A stretch of DNA of 64,000 bases from positions 6,820,001-6,884,000 of the forward strand of contig NC_088855.1 of the NCBI RefSeq assembly GCF_963853765.1, given 5' to 3'. The notes under the pieces are model-generated. The model did no database searches, was not told where the DNA came from, and worked only from the letters and a program-made list of their open reading frames with translations. Each line of letters opens with the position of its first letter. Position 1 is the stretch's first letter. This stretch comes from Magallana gigas (taxonomy: Eukaryota). The position numbers and the translations under genes are program-made. Positions 26,118 through 37,616 of this stretch are shown one piece after another.

Positions 26118-26131
26118 AATTTTCCCACGTG
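26118..26131. promoter_or_regulatory. Overlapping CSL site and CACGTG E-box, about 1.2 kb upstream of HES
   Basis: ATTTTCCCACGTG, the reverse complement of CACGTGGGAAAAT at 19925-19937. Confidence 0.45.
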
Positions 26132-26842
26132 AATATCCTTTCTTTGCTTGGATTTTTCCGTATGATAGACTCGAATCAAATTAACTAGAGAGAAATCATC
26201 TTTATTTGTGCATTGACGTAAAATTTTCCCGATTGAATGTCGTTGCAAGTGTGCTTTTCTGCCAAAAAATAGCCAGTTTTTGAATGAGCTTGCCGGAATT
26301 ATCTAAAAAGGTGGTATCGATAATAACTTTAAGGAAAGCTAGGTTTTGTCATATTATCTCTACAATATTGGCATGATATGACATTCATTTTTCTTGTACT
26401 TTTATGTGTAGGTTAGACAATAAATTAAGAAACTTCAGCATTTGGACCATATCAATTTTTTTATGATAAAACGAAATTGTAATCGTACTGTCTGTCTACA
26501 TTAGTTTCCCAGAATGCACGACCGTAAAGTCGAGCATGCGTATTCCAGAAATTACATATAGAATAACGTACATGTAGTTGCTAGCGCTCGAGAGCGCCAG
26601 CAATAATGCAAAGAACGATAACCGCTTAAAGGGTTTGGGTTTAGCCAAAAGTTCAATAACAACACCTTGTAAAATGATGTATAATTTCAATATTAAAAAT
26701 TGATCCGTTTTCTATACTCGGTAAAAAAAAAATGAAAATAATTTCTGATCAAAACATCAGAAAAATACGTACCAATCCTTTAAAGTTGTTACTAAATACC
26801 AGAAGGCTATACAGTTGAAATTTGTCCCTAAAGGACTGCCAC

Positions 26843-27228
26843 TATATAAATAGTGCCTGTTTGGGAGAGTAACTGTTGAAATTGACATCCCGAGAAATTG
26901 ACATCCCGAGAAAACCATTGCCAACCGACGCGAAGCGGAAGTTGACAATGGTTTTCGAGGGATGTCAATTTCAACAGTTACCCTCCCAAACAGACACTAT
27001 TTATTTTATTATACTGAATGTCATATTTTTAAAGAAAATATTGCTGCTTTTATATAGAAATGAAGTGAATTCTACGGCGAACCGTACGCGCATAATTTAC
27101 GCGCATGTAACAATTCGTTGTGTTACCTGTTGCCAAGTGTGTTGCGAACGCTTAGGGTAATAGAATGGATTAATAGCTGCGTCTTAACCAATCATATTTC
27201 ACTTATTTAACATGAAAGTATAATAATA
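26843..27228 (+). mobile_element. Family A palindromic element (diverged subfamily copy)
   Basis: Hairpin ~26848-27003 with GCGAAGC at 26930-26936; local 16-17-bp duplication of AAATTGACATCCCGAG; CCAAT at 27188; tail ends CATGAAAGTATAATAATA. Confidence 0.85.
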
Positions 27229-27455
27229 CAGTTACTGTTTGTTTACCTTACACTCCTAGGACAATATCAAATGGTAGACAAAAGGGTTCTTAGACCTTAA
27301 TTCTGATAAAAACTTTATTTTTCGATATTAGTGTAACTATTTAAAAAATTAGGTCCAATCTGCATTTGAATATTAACAAGACGTATTTATTTGCAACACA
27401 TTTGTATTTGTACATTTCATAAGTTGTTCTAACCAGTTGGATATAAATATTGGAG

Positions 27456-27460
<5 letters not shown>

Positions 27461-27533
<73 letters not shown>
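27461..27533. repeat. (TA)n microsatellite
   Basis: Uninterrupted AT dinucleotide run. Confidence 0.97.
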
Positions 27534-27535
<2 letters not shown>

Positions 27536-28161
27536 ATTGCCAATTATAATGTTTGTATATCAAGCTGCTTGATTTAGCCCTATAGCAAAGTCTGGATGGT
27601 TTATGGTTGCAACACATTAATTTGAAATATAAGCAAAACTATTAAATTAGATTTCTGAATTAGAAAAATCGTGGACAGTATTTTTAAAGATAGTTTACCT
27701 GTAATACATTTCTGTTTGGTTCATTGTTTATTTATATATCTTTTGATGAATCTTTGACATTGGAAAGATGGATACTGTTAGAGTGAACAAAGTCCAATCC
27801 ATCTTGTGTGTTCTATTTGTTTACAGAATTATGTATAACTGGATCCACGAAGATACATTGTTAATAATGGTAAGTTACTAATCACATAAATATACGAAGT
27901 GGGTCTAATTTTAAAGGTACGAGAACATAATATTACATCATGTACGTCATTTAAATAAATACATGTGAAGTCAAAAGTTACCTTTCTTTGGCTGCTGTTT
28001 TATTATGGAATATCACCATTGTTTCTATGGTGTTAATTTCGAATATAAGATGTATATGAAGTGTATTTTTAAAACTGTGTACTACGTGTATTGTAGTGTT
28101 CATAAGAATAGTTAGACTGATTTTCAGTGCTAATTTTGAAACCCCACTATACTGTCAATAT

Positions 28162-28907
28162 TATATAAATAGTGCCTGTTTGTGAGGGTAACAGTTGAAA
28201 TTGACACCCCGAGAAAACCATTGTCAACCGACGCGAAGCGGAGGTTGACAATGGTTTTCGAGGGGTGTCAATTTCAACTGTTATCCTCCCAAACAGGCAC
28301 TATTTATTTTGTTATACTGAATGTCTTTTTTAAAATTTTTAAGAAAATTTTACTGCTTTTATATAGGAATAACGTGAATTCTACAGCGAACCGTACGCGC
28401 ATAATTTTCGCGCATGTAACATTTTTTAATGTTACCCGTTGCCAAGTGCGTTGCTAACGCTGAGGGTAATAGTAAATATTATTAACTGCGTCTTAACCAA
28501 TCAGATTTCAGTATTTAACATGAAAGTATAACAATATATAAATAGTGCCTGTTTGGGAGGGTAACAGTTGAAATTGACACCCCGAGAAAACCATTGTCAA
28601 CCGACGCGAAGCGGAGGTTGACAATGGTTTTCGAGGGGTATCAATTTCAACTGTTATCCTCCCAAACAGGCACTATTTATTTTGTTATACTGAATGTCTT
28701 TTTTAAAATTTTTAAGAAAATTTTACTGCTTTTATATAGGAATAACGTGAATTCTACAGCGAACCGTACGCGCATAATTTTCGCGCATGTAACATTTTTT
28801 AATGTTACCCGTTGCCAAGTGCGTTGCTAACGCTGAGGGTAATAGTAAATATTATTAACTGCGTCTTAACCAATCAGATTTCAGTATTTAACATGAAAGT
28901 ATAACAA
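28162..28907 (+). mobile_element. Head-to-tail dimer of family A palindromic elements (period 373 bp)
   Basis: Near-identical units 28162-28534 and 28535-28907; GCGAAGC apices at 28233 and 28606. Confidence 0.9.
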
Positions 28908-30080
28908 TATGATTTAATGTACAAACGTAAACGCACAATACACGCGGATGCTTCAACTTTCTGGTCGAATGAATTTAAAAATATGTGATTTACGGGAAAA
29001 ATAGACGTGATATGCTAGTTGAGTCAAGAATATCATCATTTATAGCATTGAAAAGGTGAAAATGCAAGAATAATATTTTCCATTTATAACGCTAGAACGA
29101 AGTTTTACCTTACTTGTTGTGGTGAAAGATGTTGGAAAAACTTAAGCACGTTCACCTTTTAGAATAATATAAATTATAAATTCCAACAAAATTACCATCT
29201 CCTCTACGATCTAAAACTAAGAGGATATAAAATTCCTGGTCAACATGTGACGAATATCAGACGTTTTCTGTGAAGTTATTTCCAAAAATGCAGTTGGAAA
29301 CCTTATTTAAGTTTTTTTCCAAATAAAAAAATCAGAATGTGCAAAATCTCCATAAAATTTACCTTAAAAGCTAACAGTCGAAAGTTGTCAATAAAGGACT
29401 AGTGCTTTAGTTTAGTTTATATTCCCAGGGCAATATCAAATTGCAAACAAAAATATAATTTTAGACCGAAATTCCGATGGGAACTTCTTTTTCGAATTTA
29501 CGTGTTTAATACTTATGTCTGTGCTGCATTTGACAACACCTACAAGGTTTATAAATAGATGAATCTGACAGTATATATATCAAGATAGTTCTCGGAATCG
29601 TTTGTTTTTTTACTCTGTATTTTTTTAATGAATCGTTAACACTGTGAACATGGATACTTGCTAACTAACGAAAGCCCGTTGCTCTACTGCTAAACAACAC
29701 GTAGGCGGTATTATTCTCGATGCATCTTGTTTGTTATATTATTTAGATGATAAAAATATGTATAACTGGATCCACGATAGATGGGTCAGTGACTTATTAC
29801 AATCAAAGTACTGAAAGTACTCATAGACGAAGGCATCATTCGGCATATTAAATTTTAAAAATTTAAATTAATGAAAATATATGATTTTATTTTAATTTTA
29901 GGGTATCGAAGGTTTGTAGCATGAAGACTTTTCAATACCAAATACTACAGGATTAAAACTACTTTGAGAATTTTCTTACATATTCGTGCTCTTATATGGA
30001 TTACAAAAAAACCCCATTATTTTACAAAACAGAAATTTTTTTTTAACAAATAACCACTCCATGTTTATTTATTGTCATAA

Positions 30081-30185
30081 TTATTCAACATTTCGTTTGC
30101 CATAGGTAATGCATGAGGAATTCTCATTATTTGTTATTCAATATTTCGTTTGCCATAGGTAATGCATGAGGAATTCTCATTATTT
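30081..30185. repeat. 53-bp tandem duplication
   Basis: TTATTCAA(C/T)ATTTCGTTTGCCATAGGTAATGCATGAGGAATTCTCATTATTT occurs twice. Confidence 0.9.
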
Positions 30186-33100
30186 TGACATCACGGCCAA
30201 GGCATTCACAATATTGTATACAGCTTCCGTCTAAAAAGTAATAACCACTATATACGGCTACATAACTTTGCTTGTGAACCCCAAACATTATTAATATTCA
30301 TTAAACTCATGCATATTCATACTGTTTGTGAATTTGACGTATGAACCAAAATTTACGATAAATGATTTTCATTGATTGCCATATTCATGAGATTTATTGT
30401 TCTATTTATTGTATATTTTGTTATCCTAAATAAGTTATTTATTTTAATAATAATATTACACGTGACATATGAATTCTATACAAATATTGCAAAATTTGCC
30501 GCTAGGTGGTGTCCGTCAAATCTATCAAGCTCATTATCGACGTCACATGCAAGGTGACCGGTTGTAATAGGGCAGGCTCAGAGCCACCGTCTACTAAAAG
30601 GTATCACCACCGGTAATCGGCCAATCAAAATGAACTTAGTCAATTGTAGTTCCATATATACCTCAAAATTATTTTTTTCCTTGACTGCATTTTCACATTT
30701 TCCTTTACTTAGTTTTGAAAATTTTTGTACTACTGAGTAGGATATTTCATGTATTTTGTTAGGTGATGATCTTTTTTCACAGGGACTACTTCTTTCAGGG
30801 CACATGCAGCAGCTTCCTGGGGAGTGTGAAATCTGTTTACATACAAATGGAAAACACGTCGTTTTGTGGGTAGACCTGTTTGGAGCTAGATATTTTGAGA
30901 AAATGCAGTATCGCTTGCCCTTTTTATGGTGTTAGCTGATGACATAGGTAACAAATAACATTTCCTCCGAATATTTTGTCATGAAAAATACAAACTGATT
31001 TTTAAGAATTTTTTCCCCTCTATAGTGCTATAAAGTGAAAACAATTACCGGTGTGATACTTTGAATATTTGTAAGATGCAGATAAGTAAAATCAAAAGTT
31101 ATTGTTCTTTGCCTGCTGTTTTATTAGCTATTAAAATTACAGGATGCATGTATATCCAATGTCTTTTTAAGATTGACCTACATTAATTTTGTTATTTTAC
31201 AAGGTACTAAGTATTTGTACTACGGGTTGACTATGTGAGTGTTGTCATTAATAGAATAGAATAGTTATTATCTATGGCTTGACTGATTTTCATTGCTCAC
31301 TTTAAAGCTTTTTCTCATTATTGGGGAGCACACCATTTACATTAGGACTTGTTTTGGCTGTCTTTGGCTCTCCAACTTAAAGTCTGTCTACACTTAATTC
31401 CGGTTTTTGTACAAAGTAAATGTAAAGACAATTGAAATTCAACCTTTTGACGAATTCAGCACAGTTGGACCAACCATAAATGTTTGATAGCTTTATTTCT
31501 CTACAACTCTAATGCTCACTCGTCTATTTTATGCTATGTTAAGTTTATCCCGAAATTGTGTAAAATATCCGTCTGATCTGCTATTCTTTCAGGAGTCACG
31601 CAAACAACGGTACATGTAAAACAAAGTTAAAAATCGACACAAGCAATTCGCCATGTTGTTTACTTCACGAGACACCTCGGGGATTTAGGTTCATCGGTGG
31701 TAAAGAAACTACCAGCCAAGGTTTTGACAGCAGTGATTGCATTGGCTATCTGAAAGGTCACTCTGAGAGAACCCTGTACGGAGTGTTGTTAGTCTAAGAT
31801 CATTGTATGGCGTATTGTACAGGAGCGGTTTTACTAGTCTAATTTTAATTTGATAAAGTTATAGATAAACGTGCTGTGTAATAAATATTGTTTAAGTTGA
31901 AAAAGGTAAAGGTGCGGGATTTAAGAAAAAAATGTTTACTTACTGGTTCGGGAAAAAAAGTTTAAATTTTTTCCGTAGTAGAATTTATAGTGTCGATTCA
32001 AAATCGTTTTAGAGTGTGTTTTAAAAAAATTAAAATTGTGAGAATTAACAAAAAATATGTATATCTACAAAATCATTGCGTTGTTTGATTCATATTGGCA
32101 TTTATTATAGACATCGCTGACCGCCACTATATGATGGTCGGTTACTGGTGGATTATATGTAGGTTTTATGTAACCGTGCGTTTCTGCGGGTTTATTACTG
32201 GCATCTTATTCAAGTTGTAAAATTGTGATAGATTAGGTAGTATTCTAGTAGAAATGGTACACTTGCTATGCTACCAGATTAGTCCAAACTTTTTAAAAAC
32301 ATTTCATGAAGAAATAAATGTAATACTAAAGTAAGAAGATGTCTCATTTTCAAGCCTTTTTGTCACATTATTGCATTGTTGCAGTAAAAAAATGTACAAA
32401 AATGTATTGTCGCAGTAACCACTATAGGTCACTTGACATTCGCTTGAAAACGGTGATACATTTATTTGAGATATATACTAGTATGATGTGAAGGAATTGC
32501 TTAAAAAGGTAAATTAATTTTTTATTTCTTATAGTCAGGAACTTTATTTTAGGGAATAGCAAGTACGATTAAAAATGCATTAATTCAGTAGCAATATATT
32601 ATAAACAAGTTACAGAAAATGAAGATGCTTGAGCATTGAGGTAACCATACTTCTATAGAAGTCAATCGAACGCCACAGCTATCATATGTGACTGTTCATT
32701 ATAAGATTGTTTATTATTGTGTAGTTGCAACTGTATACTTACCCTATATTAACCACTGCATATTATGAGAAAGCACCATTTTACAATGGACTAAATCACG
32801 AAAGGCAGCTTTTGGGTTCCTAAGAAGTTACATGCATGATCTAGCTGACTTATCGCATAACGCTAATAGAATGACTTCATTAAAACTGTTAAATTCAGAG
32901 CAAATTGTTATACAATGCAGATTTGACTTAATTGGCAATTTTAGTCTTTTGATTCATGATTTAAAATCTTTTTATTATTTATTATTTAACTTCAAAGAAA
33001 TCGAGCATTACATTTATTAACAGTAGAAAGACGAAAGGCTTTAATTCATATCTTTTCATGCTCTGTATGATCCTGCCCCTTCGAAGCCCTGTACTTTCGC

Positions 33101-34345
33101 TGTGTTGGAAGTGTACAATTGTTTGTATAAAGCTCTCTCTTTCCTCACCCTTTCCTTGTCTTTTTCGACCGTTTCCGCTGGAGGCGAGAATTGCTACCCT
33201 GTCTATAAAACAAACACGTCTCTGCTAAAATTTTGAAAAATAACGCATTCAAATTCAAGTTTACTTACCAAAAAAAAGGGGGGGGGGTTTACAAAATGTC
33301 GGATTTTTTCCTTGTATGTTTCTTCATTTGTCCATTATCAATAACTTTAATAGTCTTAAAAATATGCATTTATTTTGAATTATCACGTGCATTCAACTTC
33401 CACAGAAGTTTTGGGCTGATAAATCATATTTTAATCATATTTTAGAACCTTATTTGTACAAAAATTTTATTCTTTATCCTCGGACATTTTATGACAGATA
33501 TCGTCACCTTACTTGCCTCTGTTAATCACCAGTCCCGTACCATAGTAAAGTAGTGAAGTTTATTACATGTTAAAATGGCGAATCTTGATCTGCATGTGAA
33601 TTCAACATACTTCATCTCCCGGGGTCGGTTAGCGTATAAAAGAGACAAGTTGCTGTCCTTTAAAAAAAGGACTACAATACGTGGACCATTTGCATGTGTT
33701 TCCAACGAAAACGTGAAAGCCTTAAGATTATCAGAGATTCCACCGACTCTAGCCCTCTGCTTTTAACCACTAAATTTGTACGTTGTATTACGTATACATG
33801 TACATGTATGTATAGCCCTGACTTTTTATCTCAGAATTTAAAGGATTCATACTTCTGAAATAATTATGATCTATCTATGAATGAAGTTTGCATGTATAGT
33901 ATCAGGCATTCGGTGAATTCTACTATTTGCGCACACATTACGATTCGCACTACTTTGTTAACTATGCAGTGACAGCTTTGTGTAAATTAAAAATTTCATA
34001 TTTTGATGCATTTTTCTTGAGATTAAAACTTTTATACAGTGACATAATTATTCAATCATACTTTAATGCTTAAAAAAATTTAATCGTTCTCTAGCCTCGC
34101 CTACTATAAAAGTAAAGTTACATGTGTATTCGGAAAACAACAAAACATTGCAAATTATGCTATTTGATGCATGTTGTAGTTTCGGCATAACATTAACTTA
34201 TTTCATAATACTGATAGTTCATATCACATGCCAATCATTTCTTTGAAAGGAATACTTTGTTTCTGTATTGTTTACCGACAACTGTACAATTACAGCGCCT
34301 TTGAACTTATGCACGGAATTCCGATCCCGATTCAGATAAACGTGT

Positions 34346-34394
34346 GCTAGCCTGGTTCCCTGAGCTACCCATTACGCACAGGAACCAGGCTAGC
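34346..34394. repeat. Short palindromic element (14-bp arms), probably a miniature MITE remnant
   Basis: GCTAGCCTGGTTCC ... GGAACCAGGCTAGC. Confidence 0.55.
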
Positions 34395-35328
34395 TCATGC
34401 GCAGGCTGAATTTTTCCCATAGCATCCGGTTTAACCTCGCTTATATATTTTCTGCTTGGACCTCAGGGTCCACGCAAAAAGTACGAAGCAAGTTATGCGA
34501 GGACACCTGTATTACTGTAATTAAATGTTCTTAAAAAATTTAAGAGTTCTAATTGTTTTTACAGAATCTGCGTGGAATAAGGTTCATCAGTCCAAAACTA
34601 TATAGCGCAAGTTTTTGTGCGCCGTAAATGGCAACTTTTTAACACGTAAGGAACTGTAGCTCCAAGGTCGTCCATCTGAATTTTTTTCAGACCGGAAGCT
34701 ACAGAACTGCAGCTTTGACTTGCCTAAAGTGCTTTTCAAGACCGGTGGCAACTCGTTTCTTGGGTGGTGGGGTGGAAATTGTATGCTTTACGTTGTTTTC
34801 GTTTGTTTTTTTTAAATTTGAATTGCACTGAATTACCCAGGACAATCTTTTGTATTTCAATATCCGAGGAAAAAGACTAACGATTAGCTGTTATTCATTT
34901 TACAAATTAAAGCAGGGTAACTGTGATTGGCTACAAAATGTTGTGACGTCATAACATGGAAGTACATGTATTCAGAAAACTAACAACAGATCTCGATACA
35001 ATGAAATGTTTGAAGTTTTCTTTATTTCGGATAAACTGATGATTTCAAATAAACAGCATTAAATGTTTGTGAACTTGTACATGTACATAATATTTATACC
35101 ATCATAATGAATATACATAATATTACAAGTGTACGAACGAATATAAATAGAAACGATACTGAAATAAAATAAAACAACAAATTGCAATGCATAGTTTTTT
35201 TTCAGCCAACTAAACAAAATTCTACACGAGTATTCCTAGAAAACCATTGCAAATCTTGCATGCAACATAAACAAATAATTGTCAAAAATGTGGTCAAGAT
35301 TTCGGATAACAAACAACCAAATGTCGCA

Positions 35329-36450
35329 TTATGATCTACGACAGCAAATCCTTTGCGCTAACTGTTCCCGAAAAGTCTCGTTCAAAAAGGCGTATATGAC
35401 CGGATTAACAACATTATAGATAAAGTACATGTAAAACACAATGATGTTTGACGAAAGGACATTCAATGCAACCAGCCAAGACGGCAAGAAAGCTATGATA
35501 AACACTAGAGCCACGATGGACAGCATAAACGCCGTCTTAATGTTTGCGATCCGCATTTTTTCCAGTTTAGCTTTTGACACTCCCCCTGGTTTTAAAATGA
35601 CGTCTTTGTCACTGACCTGCGCGTTGCCGTTTTTCTGTACTGCTTTGTCACACGTTTCTTCAACCTTGTGATCGTCTTGAGAACTTTTCATGTCGGAATT
35701 ATTCAACATGGTTATTTCTGTTTGTTCCCCAAAACTCTGAGAGTTCCAGATCCCACAACAACCGTTGGACATAAACTTTTCCATCTTTTTTCTTCGACGT
35801 GCTAACACCGATCTGTAAATCAACCCATACAGAATTATGACGATCAAAGCACAGATTCCGAAAAATGATGAATATATTTTCTGGAATATAAAGAAAAACT
35901 CGGTCTCCTGCGGCAAACAGACCTCATCGTGTGTAGTATTTTCACTCAAAGAGGCGTTTAGTAATACGGTAACATTCAACATCGGATCATTATTAGGGAT
36001 AGGAGTGATTCGGTAATGGGAGCAAATTGTAATCCCAAGGACTACTGCAAACACACAAAGGCTTCCAACGATTATTTCAGCGCGGCGAATTGTCATTGCA
36101 TGTTTAAAAGGGTATACGATACAGAGATATCTGTCAACAGCTATTGCTACCATCACAAACGCCGAAAAGGGGACTGTTGTCGTAATGAGAAATAAATAAA
36201 TCTGGCAAACAATGTCGTATTTCAGTTGAAACTTTACGGCCTCGGTGACAATAGTGAAAGGTATCGTCACACAACACGTGACAAAGTCCACGCCAGCCAG
36301 TGTCAGGATGAAAATGGTGGATGTTAGTTTGTTCTTGTACCGGGCGAACACATAGAGAACCAGAGCGTTGCCTATCGTCCCCACCAGTGAAAATAAGGAC
36401 ATGAAGCCAATGGCGATATACACCTGAATCTGCATCGCCTCATCCTCCAT
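35329..36450 (-). CDS. Class A (rhodopsin-like) GPCR, orphan peptide-receptor-like, 373 aa, single coding exon
   Basis: Seven hydrophobic segments; GN in TM1, LAxxD in TM2, DRY, Cys at the top of TM3 and in ECL2, FLP in TM6, NPVIY in TM7, helix 8 and a CC palmitoylation motif. A splice acceptor at 36473 and an in-frame TGA just upstream fix the start codon. Candidate AATAAA near 35021-35026. Confidence 0.95.
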   Translation of the reverse strand: MEDEAMQIQVYIAIGFMSLFSLVGTIGNALVLYVFARYKNKLTSTIFILTLAGVDFVTCCVTIPFTIVTEAVKFQLKYDIVCQIYLFLITTTVPFSAFVMVAIAVDRYLCIVYPFKHAMTIRRAEIIVGSLCVFAVVLGITICSHYRITPIPNNDPMLNVTVLLNASLSENTTHDEVCLPQETEFFFIFQKIYSSFFGICALIVIILYGLIYRSVLARRRKKMEKFMSNGCCGIWNSQSFGEQTEITMLNNSDMKSSQDDHKVEETCDKAVQKNGNAQVSDKDVILKPGGVSKAKLEKMRIANIKTAFMLSIVALVFIIAFLPSWLVALNVLSSNIIVFYMYFIYNVVNPVIYAFLNETFREQLAQRICCRRS

Positions 36451-37466
36451 CTTTCTCGGTCAAAATGTAAACCTGGAAAGACAATGATTACAATCAAGCT
36501 ATATTTCACTATTAATGAACCCAGAGCAGACGTTATAATTATCATGCATGATCAGGGGAAAGAGGCTTATATATCCAGAGTTATAATTTCGCTTCGAAGT
36601 AGATCACAGGACCTGCTGCAGACAAAGATATTAAAGTGAAAAGGAAACATAGAAATGGCAAAGCGTTTGGGGACGACCGACTCCTGAACAAAGAATTTAG
36701 CGTTTTATTGGATATTATTGAAGGATTTTTACCCATGTTTAAGCCTTCATTTCATTAGTCAGTGTCTGTAGCGGCGCCCGTCTCTGATCATCTTTAAGGA
36801 TTACAGTCAGTATTTTACAGTGGGGCCTACTTAATTTGGATTTTATGTAACCGATATTTCCCTCTACATAACACGTTCATCAAGTTTACATCAAAGAGAG
36901 AAATATCACGATTTTGCAATTCTTTGTGTTTCTTACTGAAATATTTAATCTTTCAAAACAGGTTAAAGTCTTCATTTATATGCTGTTTGTTGTGTGTTAT
37001 GTTATAGATCTATTTCTTTTTGAATTTACGTCAAAACGAATGAAACATATATTGTTACAAAAGATAAAATTGGTATGTATTAAATTCTGGTTAAGGCAAC
37101 CAACGCAAGTCATTAAATTTTGCAAAAGATAATGAAAAATTAAATTCCTAATCGAACACAGTTCTTTGATTCACACGAGAATTTTCCCAGTGCTCTATGT
37201 TGCCTACGGCTTCCTTTTTTATTTTCCATTTCCGAAGACGTAAAATTAATCTTATCGCATTATTCGAATTTTTACACAGAAATTAGCAATATCGCATTTT
37301 TGTCGGAGAAAGCCTGCAAATGTCGGACATGGTTTTTCCGGTCCGAGTTGATTAACCAAGGACTGGGGTAACGATTACACACTGCACCGTCCCTTAGTTC
37401 AGCGGTTACTCTGTAGTTCACGGTAGCGACAAGGGATCAATCTAGTTAACCGCCGCCCGTCCAGTT

Positions 37467-37616
37467 CATGTACAGTTCCAGAAATTTTTTACATGAGGGT
37501 TCGAGGGATAAATAAGTTTTCCGGCACAATTCCGGTAATTTTACCATGAAAATTGAAGAACTTTTAAGTTTTCAGGGTCCCCGGACCCCCCCCCCTTTTT
37601 TTTTTATCCGCGCATG
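37467..37616. mobile_element. Degraded hAT-like MITE (CATG...CATG ends, poly-C subterminal)
   Basis: Left end CATGTACAGTTCCAGAAATTTT, right end CCCCCC..ATCCGCGCATG; no clear target duplication. Confidence 0.5.

Noticed and set aside
26757-28830. Near-identical ORFs at 26876, 28182 and 28594 (…PLSTDAKRRLTMVF…)
   Set aside because: They are translations of the family A palindrome; no transposase or recombinase motifs.
30052-33772. Recurrent TAACCACT word (about five times in 3.7 kb)
   Set aside because: I could not tie it to a known factor or show enrichment without computation.
35441-35671. Plus-strand 76-aa ORF
   Set aside because: Antisense shadow of the GPCR.
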